Shown in pieces: positions 28,126 to 39,255 of a stretch of DNA of 64,000 bases (position 1 is its first letter; each line of letters begins with the position of its first letter). A program made the translations under genes and the position numbers. Source of the stretch: a virus. The notes beneath the pieces were generated by a model. That model was not told where the DNA came from, did not search any database, and worked only from the letters and a program-made list of their open reading frames with translations. The stretch spans positions 16,350 to 80,349 of IMG/VR virus record IMGVR_UViG_3300028844_004047; one strand, 5' to 3'.

Positions 28126-28833
28126 ATGTTCAATCCTGGAATATTCTCTCCAGATGTACAACAGAAGTACAAGGATCATTTTACTAACAAGGGCTGGCTT
28201 GCAATCGATGATATATTACACGAAGAATATATTACACATCTGTACGAATCTGTACAAAATTTAAATTATGATTATAGAGGTGGAGTTGGCGACTGGTACG
28301 AAGAAGTCCCATATACTCAACCTGCTGAAGGTGAATTATTAAAACAAAAAGTTCAACACTCTATGTTTAATGACGATTTTTCATTTTTTCATAGAATTGC
28401 AAAAGTTAGAAGAGATAGCAAATATACAAATAAACACACAGAAGAATTTGCACAAGAAGTAAACTTGGGTAAAACATTTAAAGAATGGGTACAAAATCTT
28501 ACAGGATTTGATAACCTATATACAACTTACCCTACATTTAGTTTTTACAAGTACGATAACTGGATTACATCACATTATGATCCTACTAGAAAAGTTGCTT
28601 ATTTGTTTTACTTTACAAAAGAATGGAAAACAGAGTATGGCGGGCAACTATGTTTACAAGATGAGCAAGATAAAGTACATACAACAATAGCACCAATTGG
28701 CAACAGATTAGTGCTCTTAGACGTGTCAAAGCCGTCGTATAACAAGCATTTCGTTAGTCCTGTTAGTTTTGTAGCACCTACGCCAAGATATAGTCTCGTA
28801 GGTTGGTATAGTGAAAAACCACCCAAGAATTAG
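28126..28833 (+). CDS. 2OG-Fe(II) oxygenase (prolyl-hydroxylase-like)
   Basis: SHYD..RKVAYLFY..W..EYGGQL...P.GNRLVL...HFVSPV...RYSLVGW. Confidence 0.85.
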   Translation: MFNPGIFSPDVQQKYKDHFTNKGWLAIDDILHEEYITHLYESVQNLNYDYRGGVGDWYEEVPYTQPAEGELLKQKVQHSMFNDDFSFFHRIAKVRRDSKYTNKHTEEFAQEVNLGKTFKEWVQNLTGFDNLYTTYPTFSFYKYDNWITSHYDPTRKVAYLFYFTKEWKTEYGGQLCLQDEQDKVHTTIAPIGNRLVLLDVSKPSYNKHFVSPVSFVAPTPRYSLVGWYSEKPPKN

Positions 28834-28886
28834 TCGAATACGATAAATACCAGTGTAGTTAAGAATACACAAGGAGAATCGTATCT

Positions 28887-29183
28887 ATGTCAGACGTACA
28901 AAAGAAAAAAATCAACATCGAGCTAGAGGTTGATACAAACCAAGTAGATAGTAGCAAGAACCCGTTTCAATGGTTAATTCATTTAGCAAAAGCAGTAGAC
29001 AGTTGGAGAATATTCCCAAGATTATTCTTAACAGTATACATTGTGTTATTATACAAGGTTGTATTATGGTATATGGCTTTAAACGCACCGAGTATGGAAC
29101 AATCAGGTTTAGTATCAATAGTAGTTGGTGCTGGCGCGGCTTGGTTCGGTTTATATACCGGAACTTCCAAAAACAAAAGTTAA
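28887..29183 (+). CDS. Two-TM membrane protein (holin candidate)
   Basis: Late promoter 28842, AAGGAG RBS; DSWRIFPR, two TM helices. Confidence 0.6.
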   Translation: MSDVQKKKINIELEVDTNQVDSSKNPFQWLIHLAKAVDSWRIFPRLFLTVYIVLLYKVVLWYMALNAPSMEQSGLVSIVVGAGAAWFGLYTGTSKNKS

Positions 29184-29226
29184 ATAAAAACTTGCATCTA
29201 CTTCAAAGATGTAGTATAATATAACC

Positions 29227-30033
29227 ATGAGCGACTATTATAACATACTTGGAGTAGACAAAAGTGCCAATGCTGACCAATTAAAGGCGGCATATAAAAA
29301 AGCGAGTATGAAGCATCACCCTGATAGAGGTGGTAGTGAAGACGAATTCAAAAAGATCAACGAAGCATACACAACTCTAAAAGATCCACAAAAAAGACAA
29401 CAGTACGACAACCCAAACCAATTTCAATTTAATACATCTGGGTTTAGTTTTAATAACGAAGATATACCTGATAATGTAGCAGACCTTTTTGCAAGTATGT
29501 TTGGTAGACCAGGAGGTATGCATAAACCTAGAACAAGGGGATCCGATATACGTTTACAAATGCCAATGACACTAGAAGAAATTGCTAGTGGTATAAACAA
29601 AACAATTAGTGTTAACATAGCAGGCAAGGATGAAGTATTAAATATTACTATACCAATGGGTATGCAAAATGGACAACAAGTTAGATACAAAGGAAAAGGT
29701 AATCCTGGTCCTGTTGAAAGAGGAGATTTATATATTGTTGTAAAGCAATTACCTCACAAAGTATTTGAACGTAATAATAACGACATTTATAGTATGCAAG
29801 AAATAAGTGTATGGCAAGCAATGATTGGAGCAGAATATTCGCTAGAAACAGTGAATAATAAAAAGATCAAATATAAGGTAAATCCGGGCAGTCAGCCAGA
29901 AACCCGCATAAAACTAGCCAATCAAGGTATTAATGGCGGACATCACTATGTTATTCTTCATGTTTTGGTGCCAAAAGACTTGACAGAATCGCAAAAACAA
30001 GTTATATTAAGTATTATGAATGGTAAAATATGA
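29227..30033 (+). CDS. dnaJ: DnaJ/CbpA-type co-chaperone
   Basis: DYYNILGV...KHHPDRGG...EAYTTLKDPQKR J-domain plus C-terminal domain; no Zn finger. Confidence 0.92.
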   Translation: MSDYYNILGVDKSANADQLKAAYKKASMKHHPDRGGSEDEFKKINEAYTTLKDPQKRQQYDNPNQFQFNTSGFSFNNEDIPDNVADLFASMFGRPGGMHKPRTRGSDIRLQMPMTLEEIASGINKTISVNIAGKDEVLNITIPMGMQNGQQVRYKGKGNPGPVERGDLYIVVKQLPHKVFERNNNDIYSMQEISVWQAMIGAEYSLETVNNKKIKYKVNPGSQPETRIKLANQGINGGHHYVILHVLVPKDLTESQKQVILSIMNGKI

Positions 30034-30503
30034 AACTAACAGATAACATATTAAACATTATTACACAACCTGTGGTATTTGATACTATGGAAGATAAAAT
30101 AGAGAACGAACGTCTATCTGTAATTATGTTTGGATTCATGCGAGAATCAAATGGTATTGGTTTAGCGGCAAATCAAGTAGGAATAGATACTAGTTTATTT
30201 GTTACATTTACTGAAGGCAAGTATACTGCATTTTTTAATCCAGTATTAATAGAATGGAGTGATAGATTAGTTAAGTTTGATGAAGGGTGTTTAAGTTTCG
30301 AAGGCGAAAGTCTTATTGTAGAAAGACCTGAATGGATTAAACTTGAATGGCAAGATCACAAAGGAAACAAAAGTAAAAAAATATTACATGGAATTAGTGC
30401 TAGAGTATGTTTACACGAATACGACCACTTAAAAGGCATTACATTTCATCAACGAATTAATAACACTAATATAACGGAAGATTTATTATATGTTAAGACC
30501 TAA
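30030..30503 (+). CDS. def: Peptide deformylase
   Basis: GIGLAANQVG, EGCLS, HEYDHLKG motifs. Confidence 0.95.
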   Translation: MKLTDNILNIITQPVVFDTMEDKIENERLSVIMFGFMRESNGIGLAANQVGIDTSLFVTFTEGKYTAFFNPVLIEWSDRLVKFDEGCLSFEGESLIVERPEWIKLEWQDHKGNKSKKILHGISARVCLHEYDHLKGITFHQRINNTNITEDLLYVKT

Positions 30504-32826
30504 TCCAGAAATAGAATTAATTGTAGAAAAGGCTAGTGAGTTTGCCGCCAAATACGGACACAGTTATGTTACTGTTGAACATTTATCACTTGCATTAATT
30601 AACTACAAAAACTTTAGAATTATGCTTGAAGAGTTTGGTGCTGACTTTGACGGACTTAATGATTCATTTGTTAAGTATCTTACTGACAACCAATTTGGTA
30701 AAAAAGCAAAACAAGGCGAAGAAGTTAGACTTCTTAGAACACACGCATTAGAAAGAGTTTTTAATAGAGCATATACTCAAGTACTATTTGGTGGTAGAGA
30801 ACATATGCAAACTATAGATATCTTTTTAAGCATCTATGCAGAAGAAAAAGGCTATTCAATTTACTTGTTTAAAAAGTTTGGTGTTAATAAAAAAGATTTA
30901 GTAGAATTCTTTAACGAAACATATGTACATGATAATCCATACAGTGGAGAACTAGGCAGAGAAGACGCTGAACGTACACTAACAGAGTATTGTACAGATT
31001 TAAACAAACTAGCAGAAAAAGGTGAAGTTGATCCTGTAATAGGTAGACAACATGAAATTGATGAACTATGTCAGATACTAGGTAAAAGAAACAAAAGTAA
31101 TGTATTACTAGTTGGTGATCCTGGTGTTGGTAAAACTGCTATTGCGGAAGGACTAGCAGGTAAAATTGTTGCTGGCGAAGTTCCACAATATTTAAAAGAA
31201 GCAACAATTTATAGTTTAGATATTGGTGGTCTAGTTGCTGGTTCTAAATATAGAGGCGAGTTCGAAGAAAAAATTAAAGATGTATTTGAAAGTTTACAAG
31301 CAAAGCCTGGTAGCATTGTGTTTATTGATGAAGCACATACAATGAGAGGTGCAGGTGCTACAAGTGGTAGTGGTCCTGATTTTGCACAAATGGTTAAGCC
31401 TTATATTACTAGAGGACTAAGAGTTATTGCAAGTACAACTTGGGAAGAATACAACACAAGTTTTGAAAAAGATAGAGCATTGATGAGAAGGTTTTATAGA
31501 CTTACTATTGATGAGCCAACTCCAGCAGTTGCAAAAGATATTTTAGTTGGACTTAAAAAATATTTTGAAGAATACCATACTGCTAAAATTACAAAAAATG
31601 CCATCGAATCGGCAGTTGATTTAAGTGTAAGATATCAAACAGACAAGAGATTGCCTGATAAAGCAATTGACTTAATTGATAGTGCTTGTGCTAAACAAAG
31701 ACTATTAAACAGAAGTAATTTTACAATTAACAAGCCAAACATACTAGAAGAATTAAGTAAAGCAGTTAAGATTCCTGTTGATCAATTAGGTAGTGCTAGT
31801 AGTGGTGTTAAAGTAGAAGAGAATTTAGAAACAATTGAAGGTAAAATTAAAACAGGATTGTATGGACAAGACAAAGCAGTTGATACAATTATGGATAGAG
31901 TTACAGTAACAAGAGCAGGACTTAAATCACATAGTAAACCTGTTGGAAGTTATTTGCTAGTAGGACCTACAGGTACTGGTAAAACAGAACTTGCTAAACT
32001 ATTAAGCGAAAACTTACATATGAAACTTCTACGTTTTGATATGGGAGAGTATCAAGAGAAACACACAGTTGCAAGACTGATTGGTGCACCTCCAGGATAT
32101 GTAGGATACGAAGATGGTAACTTGGGTGGAGGTTTACTTGTAAGTCAAGTAGAGAAAGATCCTAATGCCATTATATTGTTTGACGAGATTGAAAAAGCAC
32201 ACCCAGATGTAACAAACGTATTGTTAAGTTTAATGGACGAAGGATTTGTTACAAGTACAAATGGTAAAAAAGCAGATGCTAGAAACTGTATTGTATTAAT
32301 GACAAGTAACTTAGGTGCAAAAGAATCTGAGAAAAGAGGCATTGGGTTTGGTGCTAGTGAAGAAAATGCAGAAGCAAGTACTGAAGAAGTTAAAAAGTTT
32401 TTTGCTCCTGAATTTAGAAACAGATTAGATGGTACTATTAAGTTTAATAAACTTGATAAGAGTATTATGCGTAAAATTGTTATTAAGTTTATTGATGAAA
32501 TAAATGAACTAATGATTGAAAAAGGTTTACATATTACTATTAGCGAAAGTGCAGTAGAAGAACTTGCTAAAAAAGGATACGAACCTAGTATGGGTGCAAG
32601 ACCTTTAAAACGTGTAATTGAAAATGAAATTAAGATACCATTGTCTAAGTCTATTATTAGAGACAAGCCAATTGCAGGAACTAATATTATATTAAAATAC
32701 GAAGATGATAAGTTTACTTTTGAATACAAACCAGAAGAAGTTATTGTCGACAAGTTAGCACATAATCCTGGTGTTGACGAAGATGGCTTAATAGTTTTAG
32801 ACCAATTCAAACCAAAAGTACAATAG
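30490..32826 (+). CDS. clpA: ClpA-type AAA+ unfoldase
   Basis: Clp N-domain, two Walker sets ([14 protein letters not shown]; [17 protein letters not shown]), [13 protein letters not shown] ClpP-docking loop, no ClpB middle domain. Confidence 0.92.
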   Translation: MLRPNPEIELIVEKASEFAAKYGHSYVTVEHLSLALINYKNFRIMLEEFGADFDGLNDSFVKYLTDNQFGKKAKQGEEVRLLRTHALERVFNRAYTQVLFGGREHMQTIDIFLSIYAEEKGYSIYLFKKFGVNKKDLVEFFNETYVHDNPYSGELGREDAERTLTEYCTDLNKLAEKGEVDPVIGRQHEIDELCQILGKRNKSNVLLVGDPGVGKTAIAEGLAGKIVAGEVPQYLKEATIYSLDIGGLVAGSKYRGEFEEKIKDVFESLQAKPGSIVFIDEAHTMRGAGATSGSGPDFAQMVKPYITRGLRVIASTTWEEYNTSFEKDRALMRRFYRLTIDEPTPAVAKDILVGLKKYFEEYHTAKITKNAIESAVDLSVRYQTDKRLPDKAIDLIDSACAKQRLLNRSNFTINKPNILEELSKAVKIPVDQLGSASSGVKVEENLETIEGKIKTGLYGQDKAVDTIMDRVTVTRAGLKSHSKPVGSYLLVGPTGTGKTELAKLLSENLHMKLLRFDMGEYQEKHTVARLIGAPPGYVGYEDGNLGGGLLVSQVEKDPNAIILFDEIEKAHPDVTNVLLSLMDEGFVTSTNGKKADARNCIVLMTSNLGAKESEKRGIGFGASEENAEASTEEVKKFFAPEFRNRLDGTIKFNKLDKSIMRKIVIKFIDEINELMIEKGLHITISESAVEELAKKGYEPSMGARPLKRVIENEIKIPLSKSIIRDKPIAGTNIILKYEDDKFTFEYKPEEVIVDKLAHNPGVDEDGLIVLDQFKPKVQ

Positions 32827-32853
32827 ACATATTTCATTAAGATAAGTATTAGT

Positions 32854-33549
32854 ATGACTAGTACTAGTGAAAGATTATTCTATAATCAGTATCAATACCG
32901 CATTAGGTTTATGTTAAGACGAGGCGGATCGTTGCTACGAAGTATCTATCGATATAAAGATGTAAATCATATACTATCTACACTCGATGATTTTAGAAAT
33001 AGAGAACTTGAGTACAAAAATACTTCTAAAGGTTTTCATTCAAATGGAGACAGTCTTTGGACTTTAGATAATAAAGAAGTTGAAGACTTATTATCTTTGT
33101 TTGTGTATAGAGAAAATTTTGATAATCTAGGCAAAGTTAGAGTTGAATGTCCTAATGTAGACTTTTATTCTAATAATGAAGATTATATAAAACGTGCTGA
33201 AGATATTGGTATAGAAAATTTAGAAATTACTAGGAGTCTTACTGAAGAGCCTAATACTATTATTACTGAAAAACTACCATACGGCGTATACAATTTAAAG
33301 TGTATGACAAAATATTGTTGGGTAGCAGATGATGTTGTAGTAGCATTACTAAATTATCAAGACTCTGGGGAAATTAAGTTTCCATGGACTTGGGAAACAA
33401 GAAGAATGTATACAAATCACAACAATGTATATAGACAAGAAAAACCCTTGCCAGAGTACATTTATGCTTTAAACGAAGATAGCCTTACTATGCTTGGCTT
33501 AATAGCAGGTAACGTAATTAATACAATATACTCTTACAAGATAGCATAA
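32854..33549 (+). CDS. Hypothetical protein
   Basis: 231-aa ORF; GATAAGTA late-like element upstream. Confidence 0.65.
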   Translation: MTSTSERLFYNQYQYRIRFMLRRGGSLLRSIYRYKDVNHILSTLDDFRNRELEYKNTSKGFHSNGDSLWTLDNKEVEDLLSLFVYRENFDNLGKVRVECPNVDFYSNNEDYIKRAEDIGIENLEITRSLTEEPNTIITEKLPYGVYNLKCMTKYCWVADDVVVALLNYQDSGEIKFPWTWETRRMYTNHNNVYRQEKPLPEYIYALNEDSLTMLGLIAGNVINTIYSYKIA

Positions 33550-33574
33550 ATAGTTACATAATTAGGAATATAAC

Positions 33575-33937
33575 ATGACAACAACATTAATCACAACTAC
33601 AACACATGGTGCCGCAAATGGTAATTATGATGGATCAGCAACTTCATTTTTTAGTGAAAAGAGTGCAGGTGATGGTTATTACGGATATACAGATGGTGTA
33701 CACACTGTTGCAGGATTTCCAAATGCATTTGTTGGAACTATTACATTCCAAGGAACGTTAGCACAAGATCCAGCATCAACTGATTGGTTTGATATTCCAG
33801 GTATCACAATTGGTAATGGTGCAACTACAGTCAGCGATGCAGTAACAGGTAACTTCACAGGTAACTTTGTTTGGATTAGAGCTAAAGTAGAAAACTTCAC
33901 AGCCGGAACAATTACAAAAGTACAATTCAATTATTAA
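33575..33937 (+). CDS. Small beta-rich virion protein
   Basis: Late promoter 33545; GDGYYG..DG.HT, QGTLA..P...DWFDI, NFTGNFVWIRA. Confidence 0.7.
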   Translation: MTTTLITTTTHGAANGNYDGSATSFFSEKSAGDGYYGYTDGVHTVAGFPNAFVGTITFQGTLAQDPASTDWFDIPGITIGNGATTVSDAVTGNFTGNFVWIRAKVENFTAGTITKVQFNY

Positions 33938-33946
33938 GGGTTTCAA

Positions 33947-34639
33947 TTGTCTAAAGAACACAAGTTTAATGAAACAGAGATTTCATTAATTAAAAACAGC
34001 CACGTTAGTTTCATGGTTCCGTGTTACGGAGGTGCTGTCTTTGAAAATTTCTTTGTTAGTTTTAGTAGACACATTATCAATATGAATGGAAACGGTTTAA
34101 GATTTTCATTAGAAACTATTGCTAACGAAAGTTTAGTTACTAGAGCAAGAAACAATCTTGTTGCAAAGGGAATGGCAAATCCTACTGCAACACATCTAAT
34201 GTTTATTGATGCTGATATTGGATTTGAAACATTAGATGTTTATAAATTAATAGCCTCTGATAAAGATGTTATAGGTGGCTTATACCCTAAAAAGAATTAC
34301 CCAGTACAATATGTAATTAATACTATACCAGGCGAAGAACAACAAGAATCAGGCATACAAGAAGTACACGATATTGGTACTGGCTTTTTATTAATAAAAA
34401 GACACGTTATAGAAATGATGTTTCAACGTTATACAGATTTAAAGTATAAAAATTCTTTGAATCTGGATACTAAATTTGAGCCATTTATGTATGCCCTATT
34501 TGATACTTGGCTATTACCCGATGGCAACTATTTAAGTGAAGACTACACATTCTGTAAACGTTGGAAAGATATGGGTGGTAAGATATTTGCACACAATGAC
34601 GTTAGATTAAGGCATTCGGGTTACCATACGTTCCGTTAG
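33947..34639 (+). CDS. Glycosyltransferase (GT-A/GT2-like)
   Basis: PCYGG, ESLVTRARN, HLMFIDADI (DxD), GTGFLLIKR, YLSEDYTFC. Confidence 0.85.
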   Translation: MSKEHKFNETEISLIKNSHVSFMVPCYGGAVFENFFVSFSRHIINMNGNGLRFSLETIANESLVTRARNNLVAKGMANPTATHLMFIDADIGFETLDVYKLIASDKDVIGGLYPKKNYPVQYVINTIPGEEQQESGIQEVHDIGTGFLLIKRHVIEMMFQRYTDLKYKNSLNLDTKFEPFMYALFDTWLLPDGNYLSEDYTFCKRWKDMGGKIFAHNDVRLRHSGYHTFR

Positions 34640-34671
34640 CATTCACATAAATACACTATATAGGAGCAAGT

Positions 34672-35922
34672 ATGAATCATTTAGTAGTTTATCCAGGTAG
34701 ATTTCATCCTTTTCATAAGGGCCATGCTAGTGTATATAATGCATTAGTAAAGAAATTCGGTGCGGATAAAGTATTCATATCAACAAGTGATAAAGTTGTT
34801 CCACCTAAAAGTCCTTTCTCATTCGAAGAAAAGAAAAAGATGATGATGCTTACAGGTGTTCCTGAAAGTGCTATTATTCAAACTAAAAATCCATACCAAG
34901 CACAAGAACTTGTTTCAAAGTATGATCCTGCAGATACTATATTAATGTTTGCAGTGAGTGAAAAGGATATGGCTGAAGATCCACGTTTTACATTCCAACC
35001 TAAAAAAGATGGTAGCCCTAGTTACTTTCAAAAAGCAGGTAAGGATATGCAGTCATTAGATAAGCATGGATATATTGTTGCAGTACCTACTTTAAGTTTT
35101 AAAGTATTAGGTAAGCCAATGAAAAGTGCAACAGAATTTAGAAGTAATTTTGCAAAAGCAGATACTGACACACAAGAGAAAATGATTACAGATTTATTTG
35201 GAAAATATGATCCTAGTGTACACGAATTAATGACAGCCAAAATTACAGAAATGGCAGATTTGTATAACAAGTATCCTGTTTATAAAAAAGTTCCAGAAGC
35301 CGCAGGTGTTGGTATTGTTACAAAACAAAACGCAACTAAAGATAGCCCTGTAGGCAGTGAATATGACAACGTAAAGAAATTAAAATTAAGTAGTAAAAGT
35401 AAAAAGCCGTACATCTCTAGAATGATGGAAGTAACAAAAGCAATAAAAGAGTTAAAAGAAGCAAAGGCGCTAACAGTTCAGGATTCCATGAAGATCAATA
35501 GTAAACTAGAACAGTTGAAAGCAGTAGTTCAAATACATAACAACACAAAGATTGTTGAAAGCCTGTATGCATTAGACAAAGAAGACATTATGAACAGTGA
35601 AGTATTAGTTCAAGGTGTTGGACGTTATAGCATTAAGTCATTAATGGCAAATGTTCATAGCAAGTTACAAGACTTGTCCGATGAAGCAGGTAAAAATGAA
35701 CCAACTAATTTTAAAAATATCAAAAGTAAACTAGACAGCGGAATATTGCAATTAATGGTTAAGTCGTTGGAAGATGCTTTTAATCAAATCGAAAATACTA
35801 GACGTGCAGGTGGTAAAGCCAGTCAAGGTATTCCTAAAAATGTTTTTGATAGTTTTGAAACAGATTTAAGGGAATCATGGCAAAAAAGAAAATTGACGAA
35901 AAACAATACTGGACAAAATTAA
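34672..35922 (+). CDS. Cytidylyltransferase-like (HIGH) nucleotidyltransferase with modular C-terminal extension
   Basis: YPGRFHPFHKGH, SPFSFEEK, SATEFR; late promoter 34646. Confidence 0.8.
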   Translation: MNHLVVYPGRFHPFHKGHASVYNALVKKFGADKVFISTSDKVVPPKSPFSFEEKKKMMMLTGVPESAIIQTKNPYQAQELVSKYDPADTILMFAVSEKDMAEDPRFTFQPKKDGSPSYFQKAGKDMQSLDKHGYIVAVPTLSFKVLGKPMKSATEFRSNFAKADTDTQEKMITDLFGKYDPSVHELMTAKITEMADLYNKYPVYKKVPEAAGVGIVTKQNATKDSPVGSEYDNVKKLKLSSKSKKPYISRMMEVTKAIKELKEAKALTVQDSMKINSKLEQLKAVVQIHNNTKIVESLYALDKEDIMNSEVLVQGVGRYSIKSLMANVHSKLQDLSDEAGKNEPTNFKNIKSKLDSGILQLMVKSLEDAFNQIENTRRAGGKASQGIPKNVFDSFETDLRESWQKRKLTKNNTGQN

Positions 35923-36173
35923 AAAAGAAGTCGCCTAAATACCCAGACTTTACTTGTCCTAGTGTAGACGATATACTAGAACGTATTGCAAAAGTTCAAA
36001 GTAAACAAAAATTATCACAGTGGCAACACAAATTGATAATAAAGAGAATGGAAGAGTTAAGAACAGACAATGAACAGTTGAGAGAAAGTGGCAGATACTG
36101 GCACGAAACTTGTAAAACAACAGTTGAAGATATGTTTGACCTTAACAAAGAAAGTAAATGGAAGAAAAAATAA
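35877..36173 (+). CDS. Hypothetical basic coiled-coil protein
   Basis: PDFTCPSVD...MEELRTDNEQLRESG.YW. Confidence 0.65.
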   Translation: MAKKKIDEKQYWTKLKKKSPKYPDFTCPSVDDILERIAKVQSKQKLSQWQHKLIIKRMEELRTDNEQLRESGRYWHETCKTTVEDMFDLNKESKWKKK

Positions 36174-37594
36174 TGTCTTATTCGTGGTTAAAAGAATATT
36201 CAAATGACAGTGTACCTGTTACACAAGGTGACTTGAATAAACTTGAAGACTATGCTGACAAGTTATTTTCTAAAGTTGGTGTAGACGTAGAGTTTACTAG
36301 ACACTTTCTTGATAGAGTAAATGATACTCGTAACCAAAAACAAATTAATGTTGCAGAACTTATTAGAATCTTTAAGCAAGAGTACAAGTACTACGGCAAA
36401 AAGATTGCACAACTAGGTCCAGATGCAGAAGCAGTAATGAAAGATATGAGAACAGATGTTAACATACCATTTGCTTTACGTTGGGATAGTGCTAATAACG
36501 AACTAGATCTCATTGCTAAAACTGTGATGCGTAAGAAAGATTTTAAAACTAGTAATCCTGAATTTGCAGTAGAAGAATTTAGTTGGACTGAAGCAGAAGA
36601 AGATAACACTAAAGAATGGCAAAAGATGTATGGCGATTATGCAGAGACAAACATCTTTGAAGACTTGGCACCCGAGTCTGAATTATATGTAGATATGGAC
36701 GGCGTACTTGCAGACTTTTTTGGCGAGTGGGCTAAACTAATGGGTGTGGACAGTTGGCGTAATATTAAAGACATTGATTCAGCATTAAACAAAATTAAAC
36801 AACAGCCTAACTTTTGGATTAACTTACCAATGACAAGTAATGCTTTACAACTATTAAGTGCCATTAAAGCATATAAAGGCAAATATAATATATTAAGTGC
36901 TCCATTAGCCGGCGATAAAAATAGTGTCCCACAAAAGAAAGAATGGATTAAAAAGAATTTAAGTTCTTTCCCACCACAAAAAATTATTATAGATCCTAAC
37001 AAATCTAAATATGCTAAACAACCAGACGGAACACCAAACGGTTTAATTGATGACTATGGTGATAATATTCGTAAATGGGAACAAGCAGGCGGTATTGCTA
37101 TTAAACATAATAACAAAAACATAGATAGAACTATATCTAAATTGGATTCAGAAATTAACGAAGATCCATTCCATGATATTAGTAGATTTATTAACAGAAT
37201 AACTTCACCAAAATCATACAAATATGCAGTAGAATTGTTACATAAAATTCTACAACGTAAAGAACAAGAAGATGGTAAACTAAAACATAGTTTAGGTTAC
37301 TATGCTCAATCAGTAGCAAATACTATTAAAGGTGCTGATTGGCGTAATATAGTAAAATTATATATTAAGCAGTATGGCGATGAAGCCGTTTTACAAGACG
37401 ACGTGATAAAAGAAAACGGTATAATTACAGATCAAAATACTACTGATGATGTTAAACCGGGAGAAACACAACGACAAGCATTAAAATTTGGAAATAAGAT
37501 AGATAAAAAAGGTAGTCCGCCGTTACTACACACATCAGCGGCGAAAAACAGTGACCCTAACACATTAAGCAACTTAGGTATAGGGAATAAATAA
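36173..37594 (+). CDS. Multidomain protein: N-terminal FTRHFLDR domain plus HAD 5'(3')-deoxyribonucleotidase (track start 36158)
   Basis: VEFTRHFLDRVND...AKTVMRKKDF; LYVDMDGVLADF, ILSAP, K.EWI, LIDD...N..KW..AGG. Confidence 0.8.
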   Translation: MSYSWLKEYSNDSVPVTQGDLNKLEDYADKLFSKVGVDVEFTRHFLDRVNDTRNQKQINVAELIRIFKQEYKYYGKKIAQLGPDAEAVMKDMRTDVNIPFALRWDSANNELDLIAKTVMRKKDFKTSNPEFAVEEFSWTEAEEDNTKEWQKMYGDYAETNIFEDLAPESELYVDMDGVLADFFGEWAKLMGVDSWRNIKDIDSALNKIKQQPNFWINLPMTSNALQLLSAIKAYKGKYNILSAPLAGDKNSVPQKKEWIKKNLSSFPPQKIIIDPNKSKYAKQPDGTPNGLIDDYGDNIRKWEQAGGIAIKHNNKNIDRTISKLDSEINEDPFHDISRFINRITSPKSYKYAVELLHKILQRKEQEDGKLKHSLGYYAQSVANTIKGADWRNIVKLYIKQYGDEAVLQDDVIKENGIITDQNTTDDVKPGETQRQALKFGNKIDKKGSPPLLHTSAAKNSDPNTLSNLGIGNK

Positions 37595-37613
37595 TAAGAC
37601 AAGGAGACTTGTT

Positions 37614-37919
37614 ATGGATTATCAAGATAGAGTACAATGGATCGTCGAGGAACTAGATAGTTTATTAGAAGATTTTACAGGAAAAGAAAAACCTGGAAGT
37701 CGCCCAGGCAGTTTAAAACGCAAAGCGGCACAGTACTTAGGCAAAGGTGCTGGCGATAAGTTAAGTAAAACAGATTTAAAAAACCTTAGAGCTAAAGCAA
37801 ATCATTTAAAAAAAAGTTCTAAGAAAAGTGAGAGAGACAGAGGCAACCAATTAGCAAAGCAAGTTAATTTTGCATATAACTTTAAGGTAGCCGAAGATAA
37901 AAACAATGAGATTATTTGA
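37614..37919 (+). CDS. Small basic late protein
   Basis: Late promoter 37586, AAGGAG RBS. Confidence 0.7.
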   Translation: MDYQDRVQWIVEELDSLLEDFTGKEKPGSRPGSLKRKAAQYLGKGAGDKLSKTDLKNLRAKANHLKKSSKKSERDRGNQLAKQVNFAYNFKVAEDKNNEII

Positions 37920-38094
37920 ATTAGAACAAAAAGCATTAACGGAAGAACAGTTTGACGAAGCGGCTGGTAAAAAGGACGCTTGTTATCATAAAGTTAAATC
38001 ACGTTATAAAGTTTGGCCCAGTGCCTATGCCAGCGGTGCACTAGTTAAGTGTAGAAAAGTTGGTGCGGCTAATTGGGGTAAAAGTAAAAAGTAA
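37906..38094 (+). CDS. Small basic protein (KDACYHKVKSRYKVWPSAYASGALVKCRK type)
   Basis: Motif seen in marine T4-like phages; coupled to neighbouring genes. Confidence 0.75.
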   Translation: MRLFELEQKALTEEQFDEAAGKKDACYHKVKSRYKVWPSAYASGALVKCRKVGAANWGKSKK

Positions 38095-38396
38095 TGAGAG
38101 CATCTGAATTTATCAGTGAAGACCTAAGAGCATGGTTCGGCAAAGGCAAGAAGGGCGGAGCCGGAGGTGGTGGTTGGGATCGCTATAATACTAAAGGCGA
38201 ACGTATTGGTAAATGCGGAGATAGAAGCAAAGGTGAAGGCAAACCTAAATGCTTGTCTAAATCACGTGCGGCTAGTTTAAGAGCCAAGGGCGGTAAAAAA
38301 GCAATCGCGGCGGCTGTTAATAAAAAACGCAGAGATGATCCAAAAAAGAATCGCAAAGGCAAAGCGAAAAACGTTTCTAATAAAGTTAAAAAATAG
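38094..38396 (+). CDS. Small basic protein (EDLRAWF..GW..CG..KPKC type)
   Basis: TAATG coupling; very Lys/Arg-rich. Confidence 0.75.
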   Translation: MRASEFISEDLRAWFGKGKKGGAGGGGWDRYNTKGERIGKCGDRSKGEGKPKCLSKSRAASLRAKGGKKAIAAAVNKKRRDDPKKNRKGKAKNVSNKVKK

Positions 38397-38453
38397 TTCT
38401 TGACTTTATGATCAAAATTATGTATTATACAAGCATAAGGAAAACAATCAAAC

Positions 38454-39239
38454 ATGGCGCATAAAGACGACAAATATACCAAAGACGGTAAAAAGATCGA
38501 CTGGATAAAAAACAGACCTTCAGCACCTAATTACTATAAACATAGATTCATTAATGATGGTGTTACTGCATGGCAAATGCCTGACCCATCACAAGAAGAT
38601 ATTATGTGTGAGTTACAATTACAAGCCATTGGCGACTTTGCTCCTTTAGATATTACAATAGATGAAAGTTTATTTAGAAAAGAATTAAAACAATACGAAG
38701 ATAAATGGGTACCTTACTTAAGACGTGAAGGGGTTACTAATGATAGAGAAGGATTATTGTTAGTAGGTGCTGAAGGAGATTCAGTAGGAGATAGTTTAAG
38801 TATGCCTGAAGTTAGAAAACGTTTAGGCGAAATACCAGGTAAACGTCTTTTAGAAACAGATTTATGTTACCCAACAGAAGCATTTCATAATTTAACTGCC
38901 TTATACCCAATAACAAAATACTTTGATAAGTTAGGCAGATCCATGCTAGTAAAATTAAACAAAGGCGGTTGGTTCCCACCACATAGAGATACACCACAAT
39001 TAAGCAGAGATTGTTTTAGAGTGGTAGGCTTCTTAAGTAGAAGTTGTGGGCATGGTGGATTTATGTGGGAACATGATTATAGACCTGTACAAATAGAACC
39101 TATGCGTTGTTATTATGCAGATACAAGAAAAACTCATAGAACCGCGGCATTTGATTCCGATATTATTCATTTAGTAATTAACGTTCCTAAAACTTGGGAA
39201 AACGTATTAAAATTATTAAGTATCACCGAACATCATTAA
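38454..39239 (+). CDS. Asp/Asn beta-hydroxylase-like 2OG-Fe(II) oxygenase
   Basis: LVKLNKGGWFPPHRD...YYADTRKTH...IHLVINV; promoter TTGACT 38400. Confidence 0.7.
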   Translation: MAHKDDKYTKDGKKIDWIKNRPSAPNYYKHRFINDGVTAWQMPDPSQEDIMCELQLQAIGDFAPLDITIDESLFRKELKQYEDKWVPYLRREGVTNDREGLLLVGAEGDSVGDSLSMPEVRKRLGEIPGKRLLETDLCYPTEAFHNLTALYPITKYFDKLGRSMLVKLNKGGWFPPHRDTPQLSRDCFRVVGFLSRSCGHGGFMWEHDYRPVQIEPMRCYYADTRKTHRTAAFDSDIIHLVINVPKTWENVLKLLSITEHH

Positions 39240-39255
39240 TTACATAAATACTAGT

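Noticed and set aside
32145-32837. 230-aa minus-strand ORF inside clpA
   Set aside because: Antisense shadow of a conserved gene; Ser/Leu/Ile-rich, no RBS or recognisable motif.
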